Positions 11,501 through 20,381 of a DNA stretch of 64,000 nt are shown here, piece after piece. This DNA comes from a virus. A program made the translations under genes and the position numbers. The first letter of the stretch is position 1; every line of letters begins with the position of its first letter. Location: the IMG/VR virus record IMGVR_UViG_3300030380_006483, one strand, 5' to 3'. The notes below the pieces were generated by a model that was not told the DNA's origin, ran no database searches, and saw only the letters and a list, made by a program, of their open reading frames with translations.

Positions 11501-11853
11501 TAGAAGCTTATTCCTACACAGATAATAGTCAGTATCAAAATGACCCTATAGGAATTAGAACTAATACTACAGGTAGTCATCGTGGATATAATATTTTTGC
11601 TGCAACTCAAAGAATGGAACATGATTTAATGTATTTAATGATAATACATGAAGATGAGTTTGCTAATATGCCTTTACCTACTGGTATAGGAAGTGGACAA
11701 ATATTTAGAAGAAGATTAAATTTAATAAGAGATGTTAATAGAATATACTATTTATTTATGTCTCCTATAGCAACATCAGGATCACAAGCTCAATTAGATA
11801 ATAGAGCAATATCAATTGGAAAATATTTTATAGATAATGTAATTAATGGCTAA
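8575..11853 (+). CDS. Structural protein: baseplate-like N-domain, Ig-like domain, SprB-like repeats, C-terminal domain
   Basis: 1092 aa. ARNDYFTILNT...NIISQDFD Ig/cadherin-like segment at about 9340. SprB-type repeats with Cys and GG.PxSWSW.G...L..GTY.L.I.D...C at about 9630-10645. Confidence 0.6.
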   Translation: MSFAYKKLNPADIKSVPYIANKQYEYDSSSYSDNNIQTYVGEYIPITTDRPFDPVNDNLTTDQNYRRLIYESIRHLYYENYITASSVDQTPERSGLEFPDNVNYFWHSSSFDNYIQNTLASGSFPNYRNFPYFQSQEFDYDDEGNALYGTAVYFIENSAKIRVISVPKDKYSEGIKPTTFAISGSDYFIADDGQGNLFDFIKVIAEYGDVFYSAAPAFYAGKADGLVIPVGNIFYNHGLAVITNQDYLCFIEGNPVARNDYFTILNTQEEKILNIISQDFDDCVFIATESVSTSNITDFTFPDFSVSGSGDLVITPNLSSAIPGQYKLQYTVDNTLGNTSNTASITLNITAEPLTSSINSVTESCFEGNDSASVTFSIDKGLPPYSWSIDDLNYTPSNDLFQPILSASLTPTRSLVLYIKDNEGNKVTQSLNTSFIPINGKVFQNEVSFCDTDDGEIIISASGAEGIISASLTSSFSNSVSLPNSYSLLTEGSYTVYFKDSNLCTSSSTITVGKISPVTASYSLTHIDCFASNSGQILLDVLDTNDTASDSFITGGREPLSWSWTGPGGFTTTSIDANNLVSGTYELYIFDNDNCNYLFSYEITSSEEIKYTASINYSSSIFTALDITNLSGSSAEYNYVLSTSQSILTGSVTTGSNNISLDEIGLNSGSASLTITDTLGCQASTSSLEIYGRTWEVSQSFCEDGTGSVSARNLNFYTLNTASAEWVTVKIHSGSETPVEVATSGSATGSYTWNHNSTLYLDIFTGSNNNFSLVREFSGSSDLLNYPANLTGSEITNSAIITGSGRMDYFYENKDVSLSFGTSHSISSLHLTASKVNTEELVTNINFKFGKTIDLKDIRDNFTGSATNLSLTGSGGTNIADGSGSNFIARDNEFTDTIYGNTGSFIGPNTLLFREEYPFGNIINTPSASNVEFTNGKIFSGSISASYFGSDNAQYFTQRTDKAWLMTADIDSIPFVEAYSYTDNSQYQNDPIGIRTNTTGSHRGYNIFAATQRMEHDLMYLMIIHEDEFANMPLPTGIGSGQIFRRRLNLIRDVNRIYYLFMSPIATSGSQAQLDNRAISIGKYFIDNVING

Positions 11854-13573
11854 TACTGGATTTGAAATATCACAACATGTAGCTCAATATTTTACTACAG
11901 GACCTAATTCAGGTAGTAAAGTAACAAGTAGCTTTGATGTAAATTTAGGTCTCACTCCTTTTAGTGCATCATTAAATGGAGAAGAATTTTTTAATAGGTC
12001 TTATAACCCAGTAACATGTGAACCTGGGTTTGAAGATTGTTTAGTTCCTTTATTAACTAGTTTAACAACAGGATCTAGAAGAGGAAGATTTACTGTAAAT
12101 TATGTTACTCAATCTTCAACAAACACTCCTACTAGAATAACCGCTTCAGTTAGTGATGATATAAATTTTTCATCAGGAAGAACAGAAATATTTTCTGCTT
12201 CAATAGGTACTTTATTTCCAATAACATCTTCCTTTATAAGTGGGACAGTATATTTTAGAGCATTTACATCTTGTAGTGGACCTACCCCTTCACCTAATTC
12301 AGATTTATTATCATTTACTTATGATTTAATCCCTCCATTAAGTAAAAGTACAGTAGAAGTAGTATTTACTAATACTTTATCTTCACCAATGGAAGTAGAA
12401 ATTAGAAGTGAAAGAGGAAATCAAAATTATATTATAGAGGCTAAGGAATCAATTACATATGATTATACAAATAATTCATTTGACCCTGGAGCATGGGTAT
12501 CAACTAATAAATCATCTGATTTAACTGTAACTATAAAAGGAGGATCTAAAAGTACTTATGGTAATTCAATTCAAAGAGTTACTAATGGTGTTATAAAAGA
12601 AACATTTACAAAAGAAGGAGGATTTAATAACCCTACTAGTAGAAGAGATACTAGTGCTAATTACAACCCAGATGTTGGTATTACATTTAAAATTCAACAG
12701 TTAGTATTACCTGAAGGAGATACTACAACAACAACATTATCATTAGTACAAAATACCCCACCCCCACCACCACCAGCGGAACCAACTCCTGTATATACCC
12801 CTTACCCAAGAGCAGTTGTAGGATCTATTCCATATGAAACTGAAGAAGAAGCTTGTGCTGATTCTGGAGTTAATTTTAGAGAAAAAACTTATCAAAAATT
12901 TAAGGGATATTTGTATGATAATATAGAAGATGCTTTAATTGATAATAAAACCACATTTGAATTTTTAAATAATTTTATTCTTACTACTTTAACTGAGTAT
13001 TTAGAAGTAACAAAAGAAGGAAAAATAATAAGGGAAGGAGAAACATGTGATTTACCTCAAATTTCAATAGAAACAAGTAGAGGATCTTATACTGACCAAG
13101 AATCGGCCTGTAGAAGGAAAAAAATTGCAGGAGTTAATTTTAATTTTAAAGATAACACTTTAATAGGATCACGTTTAACAGGTAGATTCCCAGTATTTGA
13201 AGGCATAGGAAGAGGAGGTCGTAATATTATTTTAGAAAATGGTAAAATATTAGCATATGAAACTTGTGGAACTGAATTAACAGATATTCAATATTCTGAA
13301 ATAGGATTTAACAACGAAATATACCCATTAGAAACCCCTGAATTAATTAACCCAAGTCAATTAAGATTTGTTTGTAATTTTTCACAAAGATACATAAACT
13401 ATTCCTTAGGCCCATCAGGGATCGTATATTATGGGTTTAATTATAAAGAAGGTAAATATAAATATGTCCCACTAGGATTAGGACTTAGATGGTATAGAAC
13501 AACAGATGATAAATTTATAATACTTAATAAAGGATTAGTAGTAAATACTATAGATAATATAACATTTTGTTAA
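11846..13573 (+). CDS. Putative virion/fibre-associated protein with poly-Pro hinge and Cys-containing repeats
   Basis: 575 aa. TPPPPPPAEPTP hinge, then repeated Y-x-(T/D)-x-E-x-AC and G.(I/T)...ETC segments. Confidence 0.5.
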   Translation: MANTGFEISQHVAQYFTTGPNSGSKVTSSFDVNLGLTPFSASLNGEEFFNRSYNPVTCEPGFEDCLVPLLTSLTTGSRRGRFTVNYVTQSSTNTPTRITASVSDDINFSSGRTEIFSASIGTLFPITSSFISGTVYFRAFTSCSGPTPSPNSDLLSFTYDLIPPLSKSTVEVVFTNTLSSPMEVEIRSERGNQNYIIEAKESITYDYTNNSFDPGAWVSTNKSSDLTVTIKGGSKSTYGNSIQRVTNGVIKETFTKEGGFNNPTSRRDTSANYNPDVGITFKIQQLVLPEGDTTTTTLSLVQNTPPPPPPAEPTPVYTPYPRAVVGSIPYETEEEACADSGVNFREKTYQKFKGYLYDNIEDALIDNKTTFEFLNNFILTTLTEYLEVTKEGKIIREGETCDLPQISIETSRGSYTDQESACRRKKIAGVNFNFKDNTLIGSRLTGRFPVFEGIGRGGRNIILENGKILAYETCGTELTDIQYSEIGFNNEIYPLETPELINPSQLRFVCNFSQRYINYSLGPSGIVYYGFNYKEGKYKYVPLGLGLRWYRTTDDKFIILNKGLVVNTIDNITFC

Positions 13574-13583
13574 AAAATAAAAC

Positions 13584-13883
13584 ATGGCAATAACAGTAGG
13601 ACCAAATATCATTAAATTTAAAAATAAACATACTATATATGAAAATGAAATAGTATGTAGGGTAAATGCTACTGAACTTAATATGTCCCAAAACCCAACA
13701 ATCACAACCAACACTTCGGGTTCATTAAGGGATTTTGCTACAGGTTCTATTTTCCAACCTTATGCTACTACCATAGGAATATACAATGAAGCAAACGAAT
13801 TATTATTAGTAGGTAAATTTGGTCAACCTATTCCAATGACTAATGAAACAGACATTACATTCGTAATTAGATACGATCAATAA
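13584..13883 (+). CDS. Small structural protein, homologous to the C-terminal part of 7531..8571
   Basis: YATTIGIYNEANELLLVGKFGQPI aligns with FITTVGLYNDATELLSVAKLSKPL. Confidence 0.6.
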   Translation: MAITVGPNIIKFKNKHTIYENEIVCRVNATELNMSQNPTITTNTSGSLRDFATGSIFQPYATTIGIYNEANELLLVGKFGQPIPMTNETDITFVIRYDQ

Positions 13884-14303
13884 ATGTGGTTATACAATAA
13901 TAAAGTTATAAAAGGCATTGAACAAATGCCTAAAAATACATTTGGTTTCATTTATGAAGCTACTTATATTCCAACTAATGAAAAATACTTAGGTAAAAAG
14001 GTATTATATTTTAATAGAACTTTACCACCTTTAAAAGGATTTAAACGTAAAAGAAAAGTAGTAAAAGAAAGTGATTGGCTAACATATTATGGTAGCCATG
14101 AAAAAATAAAAACTCTCCTAAAAGAAAATAAACATAATGATTTTAGAAGAGAAATTTTAGAATTTGCATTTAATAAAAAACACCTTACATACTTAGAGAC
14201 AAAATATTTGTTTTGTAATAATGTATTAGAGAATACAGAATATATAAATGATAATATATTAGGCAAGTTTTTTAGAAAAGATTTGGTTAACCCAAATATC
14301 TAA
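13884..14303 (+). CDS. GIY-YIG family (Seg-like) endonuclease
   Basis: GFIY...KYLGKK motif, YYGS, FRREIL and YINDNI, as in T4-like Seg-type proteins. Confidence 0.7.
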   Translation: MWLYNNKVIKGIEQMPKNTFGFIYEATYIPTNEKYLGKKVLYFNRTLPPLKGFKRKRKVVKESDWLTYYGSHEKIKTLLKENKHNDFRREILEFAFNKKHLTYLETKYLFCNNVLENTEYINDNILGKFFRKDLVNPNI

Positions 14304-14313
14304 CGTATCTTAA
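14282..14313 (+). promoter_or_regulatory. Bacteroidota-type sigma promoter-like site upstream of primase
   Basis: TTTG (14282-85), 20-nt spacer, TATCTTAA (14306-13). Resembles the TTTG-N19-21-TAnnTTTG consensus. Confidence 0.5.
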
Positions 14314-14334
14314 ATCTAAACTGAAGTCTTTTTT

Positions 14335-15264
14335 ATGGTAAACCAAATATTACTTGGATTAGTGGAATCCGTTCTGGGTAAGAGTAATCCAACAGCAAGG
14401 GGAAATCATGCTTTCCATTGTGCTTTTTGTCATCATAAAAACCCAAAACTAGAAATAAATTTAATACCAAATAAAAAGAAAGAAAATTTATGGCATTGTT
14501 GGGTATGTGATAAAAAAGGTAAAACTTTATTTGGTTTATTTAAAGCATTAAAAGTATCTTCTAATAAACTTACCCAATTAAAAGATATATTAGGAACTAC
14601 AGAAAAATATGATATTGTAGTTACAAACACAAAAGTTGAACTCCCCCCAGAATATAAATCATTATATAATCTTACTAAATCGGATATACATGCTAGACAT
14701 GCTTTGGCTTATCTTAAAAGAAGAGGAGTTTCTACTATAGATATTTTAAAATATCAAATAGGATATTGTGAAAAAGGTAGATATGCTAATAAAATTATTA
14801 TCCCCACATATAATGTTAATGGACAGTTGGATTATTTTGTAGCACGTTCATTTGAAAGAGAACCATCAAGAAAATATGACGCACCATCTTCAGATAAAAA
14901 TATTATAGGGTTCGAAAATATGATAAATTGGAATATTCCTATTGTATTATGTGAAGGTGCCTTCGATGCTATTGCTATAAAAAGAAATGCTATACCATTA
15001 TTTGGCAAAAATATATCAAAAAAACTAATGCAAAAATTAGTTACATCTGAAGTTAAAAAAGTATATTTAGCTTTAGATAAAGATGCTATTAAATCAACTT
15101 ATAAAATAGCAAAACAATTGTTAGAAGCAGGAAAAAAAATATTTGTAATAGACTTAGACGACAAAGACCCAGCTGATATGGGGTTTGCTTTATTTACAAA
15201 TAAAATTCAACAATCACAAGAATTTACATTTTCTTCTCTATTTAACTTAAAATTATCTATATGA
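14335..15264 (+). CDS. DNA primase (Zn finger + TOPRIM), T4 gp61-like
   Basis: CAFC...WHCWVC zinc finger; CEGAFDA and LALDKDA TOPRIM motifs. Confidence 0.85.
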   Translation: MVNQILLGLVESVLGKSNPTARGNHAFHCAFCHHKNPKLEINLIPNKKKENLWHCWVCDKKGKTLFGLFKALKVSSNKLTQLKDILGTTEKYDIVVTNTKVELPPEYKSLYNLTKSDIHARHALAYLKRRGVSTIDILKYQIGYCEKGRYANKIIIPTYNVNGQLDYFVARSFEREPSRKYDAPSSDKNIIGFENMINWNIPIVLCEGAFDAIAIKRNAIPLFGKNISKKLMQKLVTSEVKKVYLALDKDAIKSTYKIAKQLLEAGKKIFVIDLDDKDPADMGFALFTNKIQQSQEFTFSSLFNLKLSI

Positions 15265-16019
15265 AATTAAGGAAAGCTAATTTTCCTAAGCAGGAATTAA
15301 ACCGCGAATTTACTCAAATTACTACTAACGATTCTAGATTCTATGAAGATGGAGAAAAAACATATCCTTCTGTTACGTATGTTTTATCATATTTCCCTAA
15401 AGGAAAACATTTTGAAGAATGGTTAAAGAGAGTAGGATATAATGCTGATTTTATTGCTAAAAAAGCAGCAGGTGAAGGAACATTAGCTCATGACTTATGT
15501 GAGCAATATTTACTAGGTAAAGAAATTAATTTAATGAAAGATGGTTCTCCACAATATGATTTACATGTTTGGAAAATGTTTTTACGTTTTGTTGATTTTT
15601 GGGAAACTAGTGGTGCAGAATTAATTGAAACAGAAGTATTTTTATATTCTGATACTTTACATATAGCAGGAACCTGTGATTTAGTTTGTAAAATAAATGA
15701 TGAAATATGGGTTATTGACATTAAAACATCAAACAATCTACAAACCACATATGATGTCCAATCAGCTATATATGCTAGATGTTTTGAAGAATGTTATGAG
15801 CAAAAAGTAGATAGGGTAGGTATTTTATGGTTAAAATCATCTAAACGTGGTCCAAAAGAAGGTAAACTACAAGGTAAAAAATGGGAAGTATATGAATCAC
15901 CTCGTTCTATAGATGAAAATTTAGAAATTTATACTAATGTTAGAGCTTTATTTGATTTAGAAAATCCTGTTCTTAAACCTCTATCAGAAAAATACAGAAC
16001 TTCTGTTAAAAAATCCTAG
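15261..16019 (+). CDS. PD-(D/E)XK exonuclease (Cas4/lambda-exo-like)
   Basis: YPSVT motif, GTLAH, AGTCDL...VIDIKTS catalytic motif, Q-x-x-x-Y (QSAIY). Confidence 0.8.
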   Translation: MKLRKANFPKQELNREFTQITTNDSRFYEDGEKTYPSVTYVLSYFPKGKHFEEWLKRVGYNADFIAKKAAGEGTLAHDLCEQYLLGKEINLMKDGSPQYDLHVWKMFLRFVDFWETSGAELIETEVFLYSDTLHIAGTCDLVCKINDEIWVIDIKTSNNLQTTYDVQSAIYARCFEECYEQKVDRVGILWLKSSKRGPKEGKLQGKKWEVYESPRSIDENLEIYTNVRALFDLENPVLKPLSEKYRTSVKKS

Positions 16020-16067
16020 GCTTCTTCATTAATTTTTCGTATATTTATATGTTGATAATGTAAGCCT

Positions 16068-16868
16068 ATGTATAAATTACGTGATATAATACTTGAACGT
16101 ATAAGCCGTCCTAAAGCAATGATACTTGCTGGATCCCCCGGTGCTGGTAAGTCTTCTTTTATAGAAGATATTGATAATGCTTTAATAATGAATATCGATG
16201 ACATTTTTATTCGTAATTTACGAAATATGGGGGTGTCTTTAGATTTAAAAAATGCTAGTGCTGAAGAACGCAGCAAAGCAGCCTCAGCATTTGCCGCAGC
16301 TAATAAAGAATTTCGTCCTCAAATAATAGATATAATTAAAGGAAAGAAAAATTTTGTATTAGATACCACATCTGCAAATACAGGTACTACTCTTAGATAT
16401 AAACAACAATTAGAAGAATTAGGTTATGAAGTATTAATGGTATATGTTTTTGCTTCATTAGAAAAATCACTAGATAGAAATGAAACAAGGTTTAAACGTT
16501 CACAAGGCAAAGATAGAAGTTTATCACCCGCTATTGTATTACGTACTTGGAATTCTGTAACTCAAAATTATGATTTTTTTAAAAAAGAATTTGGAAATAA
16601 TTTTGTTTCTGTTGTAAATGATAAAGCCTTACAAAAAGGTGAACCACAAAAATCATTAGAAGATTTATTAGATAAGTATGTCACTCCTTATAAACCAACA
16701 GATACTAAACCTAAAACAGATAAACAACAACAAAAATCTGACCAACAAAAAGCAGAATTAAATAATCAAATAACAACTTTTATTAATTCTGATAAGGTAG
16801 AAGATATAAAAAGTGATTCTGTATCTAAAGGTGAAGCAAAATCTAGAGTAAAACAATTTTTCTCATGA
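16068..16868 (+). CDS. P-loop kinase (AAA_33/zeta-toxin/Pnk-kinase-like)
   Basis: Walker A GSPGAGKS, NIDD, VLDTT, R-x-x-x-R lid (DRNETR). Short leader MYKLRDIILE. Confidence 0.75.
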   Translation: MYKLRDIILERISRPKAMILAGSPGAGKSSFIEDIDNALIMNIDDIFIRNLRNMGVSLDLKNASAEERSKAASAFAAANKEFRPQIIDIIKGKKNFVLDTTSANTGTTLRYKQQLEELGYEVLMVYVFASLEKSLDRNETRFKRSQGKDRSLSPAIVLRTWNSVTQNYDFFKKEFGNNFVSVVNDKALQKGEPQKSLEDLLDKYVTPYKPTDTKPKTDKQQQKSDQQKAELNNQITTFINSDKVEDIKSDSVSKGEAKSRVKQFFS

Positions 16869-18616
16869 ACCCAGAAAAAGTAGGTAAACAAATAGCTAAA
16901 AGAATCCTAATGGAAGAAGAAATGACTAAAGTTTCTATCTATCCAGGTGCTTTTAAACCACCACATAAAGGACATGTTGAAACAGCTTTAAGATCTATGG
17001 ATGATAAAACTAATAAGGTAATTATTTTTATGTCTACTAAGGAAAGAGAAAATATAGATGTAGAGGAAGCAAAACAAGTATGGGATTTATATAAAGCTAA
17101 TATACCTGAATTAGAAAAAGTTGAAATACAATTAACACCCACCCCAGTAAAATCTGTTTATGATTATGCTAAAGATAATCCTACACATGATATAAGAGCT
17201 GTATTTGGTAAAGGTGAAGAAGAAAGATTTAAATCATTATTAGATAAGGAAAAATATCCCCACGTAGAAGTATTTGATGCCGGTACTGTAGGTGATTTTT
17301 CAGCTACAACTTTAAGACAAGCTATTAGAGATAAAGATTTAGAAACAATCAGGGACTATATTCCATATTTAATTAATGTAGATGATTTTTTAAATATATT
17401 TCAATTAAATGAAGCTATTGTAGGTGATAAAATCGTATGTGATAATTGTGGGTGGGAATGGAAAATAAAAGATGGAGGAGATGATTTATTTATATGCCAT
17501 AAATGTGGGTATGATAATAACCCTTTAGATGAAGGTTTATACCCTAGATATGATTATAGAAAAGTTAAACAAGTAAGATACAAAGCATCAGATGTTAGAA
17601 CTAATGATCCGGATGCATTAGAGGAAGATCCTAAAAAAGGTACAGGTAAAAAACCTAAGGGGTCTGGTAGAAGATTATATACTGATGAAGATCCAAGCGA
17701 TACAGTAAAAGTTAAATTTAGTACTAGACAGGATATAGTAGATACTTTAGGTAAAACCTCATTTAAAAATAAATCTCATGCTAGGCAATCCCAAGTAATA
17801 AATTTAATACATCAAAGAGTAAGAGCGGCTTTAGGTAGAACTAAAGATCCACTAAAAAAAGCTAAATTAAAATCTGCTTTTGAATATATTAAAAAACGAA
17901 AGGAAGCATCTAAGAAAAAAACACAAAGATTGAAAAAACAAAAAACAAATGAAGGGGTTTTATCTCAAACTAGTCTTGTATTACCAAGAGGTAAGAAAAT
18001 AGTATTACAAGCTGAAGAACAAGACTATGATAGAGGACTAATAGTAGAACTTACCGAAGAAGGAGGATATAAAATATACTATTGGTATGGTGATGATATA
18101 AAAATATATCCTGCTGAAGTTTTAGTAGACGGAGAATCAATAAAACCAGATGCAAGAGAAGTTTATATTAAATTCCATCCAGAATTGGAAAAAGAAAATA
18201 TAGAAGAAGGAGATAAATATTTACAAGAAGCTAGATATAAAAAATTTTTAAATGAAGCTTGGGATGATTCTAAAGCTAAAATTATAAATAGATTTATGGA
18301 TTTTGCTACAGATTATTTATCTATAGATAGACCTAAAATTAAACTTATTAACCAAGAAGGATATACCCAAGAATATAAAAGTTTTGGTGGTTATTTACCT
18401 TCTGAAGAAAAAATATTTGTTGTAGTTAGAAATCGTAATATGGCAGACATTTTACGTACATTAGCACATGAAATGGTCCATCATATGCAAAACCTTGATG
18501 GTAGATTAACACCAACCTCGGGTGAAGATGGATCCCCTGATGAAAATGAAGCAAATTCATTAGCAGCAGTTTTAATGAGAAAATTTGGAAGAGAAAACCC
18601 AGACATTTATGAATAA
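16865..18616 (+). CDS. Multidomain protein: HIGH nucleotidyltransferase, Zn ribbon, basic module, HExxH metallopeptidase
   Basis: YPGAFKPPHKGH and SATTLR motifs; CDNC...CHKC; HEMVH...ENEAN. Modules are separated by LNE/LDE/LEE/TNE/LQE linkers. Confidence 0.75.
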   Translation: MNPEKVGKQIAKRILMEEEMTKVSIYPGAFKPPHKGHVETALRSMDDKTNKVIIFMSTKERENIDVEEAKQVWDLYKANIPELEKVEIQLTPTPVKSVYDYAKDNPTHDIRAVFGKGEEERFKSLLDKEKYPHVEVFDAGTVGDFSATTLRQAIRDKDLETIRDYIPYLINVDDFLNIFQLNEAIVGDKIVCDNCGWEWKIKDGGDDLFICHKCGYDNNPLDEGLYPRYDYRKVKQVRYKASDVRTNDPDALEEDPKKGTGKKPKGSGRRLYTDEDPSDTVKVKFSTRQDIVDTLGKTSFKNKSHARQSQVINLIHQRVRAALGRTKDPLKKAKLKSAFEYIKKRKEASKKKTQRLKKQKTNEGVLSQTSLVLPRGKKIVLQAEEQDYDRGLIVELTEEGGYKIYYWYGDDIKIYPAEVLVDGESIKPDAREVYIKFHPELEKENIEEGDKYLQEARYKKFLNEAWDDSKAKIINRFMDFATDYLSIDRPKIKLINQEGYTQEYKSFGGYLPSEEKIFVVVRNRNMADILRTLAHEMVHHMQNLDGRLTPTSGEDGSPDENEANSLAAVLMRKFGRENPDIYE

Positions 18617-19154
18617 ATACAGTTTAAAAGAATTAATGTTTGAAGATATAGCTAAAGCTTATGACATTTTTGTTGATATGGATGGGGTATTAACTAATTT
18701 TGAAGGTAGATTTGAACAATTTGCCGGAGTTACACCTGATGAATACATATCTCAAAAAACTATTCAAGTTGGAAAAGATAAGGCATATGAGCAATTTTGG
18801 GATTTAGTAGATGAGCAAGTAGGGGTTAGATTTTGGGCAGGGATGCCTTGGATGCCCGAAGGAGAAGGATTATACAAATATATAAAAAAATACAAACCAA
18901 CTATTTTAACATCTCCTTCTAGAAATGAAGCATCTAAAATAGGAAAAGGTGTGTGGGTTAAAAGAAATATGTCTGGCACACCATTAAAATTTGGTTATCA
19001 AGCACAGGGCAAAGCTAAATTCGCGGGTCCAAATAAAATATTAATAGATGATAGAACCGATAATATCTCTGCTTGGAAAGCTGCAGGGGGTATTGGTATA
19101 TTATTTAAATCAACAGAACAAGTAAAAAACGAGTTATCTAAACTAGGGTTATGA
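18609..19154 (+). CDS. HAD-family 5'(3')-deoxyribonucleotidase-like phosphatase
   Basis: FVDMDGVL motif I, ILTS motif II, ILIDD motif IV. ATG at 18609 overlaps the upstream stop and is preferred over the 18585 start in the ORF track. Confidence 0.8.
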   Translation: MNKYSLKELMFEDIAKAYDIFVDMDGVLTNFEGRFEQFAGVTPDEYISQKTIQVGKDKAYEQFWDLVDEQVGVRFWAGMPWMPEGEGLYKYIKKYKPTILTSPSRNEASKIGKGVWVKRNMSGTPLKFGYQAQGKAKFAGPNKILIDDRTDNISAWKAAGGIGILFKSTEQVKNELSKLGL

Positions 19155-19723
19155 GCACACAATTAAATAAAGAATTCTCTAAACGTGATGTTCAGAGAAT
19201 GAGAAATATAGTCACAGGAAATACCGCTGATAAAACAAGAGTTCAAGCTGGGTATGAAAAGGAAAATAAAGTATATGTTGAGGGTGATATATGGGAGGAA
19301 AATGGTAAAACATGGACTATAAAAAATGGTCTTAAACAAACCATCACCAAACATGATAAATTAAGACAAATTATTGTAATGCCATTAAAATGCCCTGAGT
19401 GTGAAAAGGCAATAAAAGTAAATGATCTTAATAAAAAAATGTGGTCAATTCATAATAAGTGCTTTGATTGTGTTGTTGAATATGAAACACATTTAAGGAA
19501 AACAGGAAAATATAAAGAATACGAAAAAAAATTAATGAATGATAATAAAGATAGTTTTGTTGACGATTATGAACAAGCTGTAAATGCATTTATTAATGAC
19601 CAAGGAGAATCATTTATGTCTGAGGCAGGAGACATGGAAAATTGGTCAAAAGCTAAAATAAATCCCGAAGTAATTAAATCCCTTAAAGATAATATTAAAC
19701 AATTAAGGGAATTAGAGATATAA
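19151..19723 (+). CDS. Hypothetical Zn-binding protein
   Basis: 190 aa with CPEC...HNKCFDC; ATGA-coupled. Confidence 0.6.
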   Translation: MSTQLNKEFSKRDVQRMRNIVTGNTADKTRVQAGYEKENKVYVEGDIWEENGKTWTIKNGLKQTITKHDKLRQIIVMPLKCPECEKAIKVNDLNKKMWSIHNKCFDCVVEYETHLRKTGKYKEYEKKLMNDNKDSFVDDYEQAVNAFINDQGESFMSEAGDMENWSKAKINPEVIKSLKDNIKQLRELEI

Positions 19724-19760
19724 TATCTTTATATATTTATTACAGAATAATTCTAGAACT

Positions 19761-20378
19761 ATGAAAAAATCAGAAATTAAAAAAATCTTAAAAGAGAATA
19801 TCACTGATTGGTTAAAGGAACGTAATATTCCCGAAGCTGATAGTGGTGATATGGCTTATACAGAAAAAGCTAAAGTAAAAGAAAATAAAATCGAGGACCA
19901 AATTGCTGAATTTTATTACGTAACAAAACCAACTAAAGAATCTAAAGTAGAAGAATTAGTTAAAAGTGGGGACGTATTTGAATTTGCTGTGAGTGGTTTA
20001 ACTCGAGAAGACATCTCAGGTATTTACAAATCAGAAGGTAGAGCAAAATCTGCTGCTAATAAAGTAATTAAAGAAAGAGATATTAAACTTAAAGAAACTT
20101 ATAAAAAAGGTCAAGATAAGTTAAAGAAAATGGAATCTTCAATTGATGAAATTAAAACTCAAATTGAAGGTAAAATGTCTGAAGCTACATCAAATCCAGA
20201 TATGAGAGAATCTTTAACAGCTGAATCTAATAGCTTAATGGAAAAACTTTCTATGTTAGAAGCACAGGTTGAAAGACTAAGAGAAGTGTTAGAAGCAGAA
20301 GGAATGCGTTTCGAAAAGAAAAAGCCTAAAAAAGATAACAAGAAAGACGAAAAAGAGGACGATAAAGATAAAGAGTAA
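19761..20378 (+). CDS. Putative internal head/prohead-associated protein (charged, coiled coil)
   Basis: Late motif upstream; leader MKKSEIKKILKE; K/E-rich. Confidence 0.5.
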   Translation: MKKSEIKKILKENITDWLKERNIPEADSGDMAYTEKAKVKENKIEDQIAEFYYVTKPTKESKVEELVKSGDVFEFAVSGLTREDISGIYKSEGRAKSAANKVIKERDIKLKETYKKGQDKLKKMESSIDEIKTQIEGKMSEATSNPDMRESLTAESNSLMEKLSMLEAQVERLREVLEAEGMRFEKKKPKKDNKKDEKEDDKDKE

Positions 20379-20381
20379 TCA

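Noticed and set aside
13884-14303. GIY-YIG gene as an active mobile homing element
   Set aside because: Short, catalytic domain only, tightly coupled to its neighbours, with no intron context; recorded only as a CDS.
16016-16276. Minus-strand 86-aa ORF and similar short antisense ORFs in 14-31 kb
   Set aside because: They fully overlap well-supported + strand genes with clear catalytic motifs.
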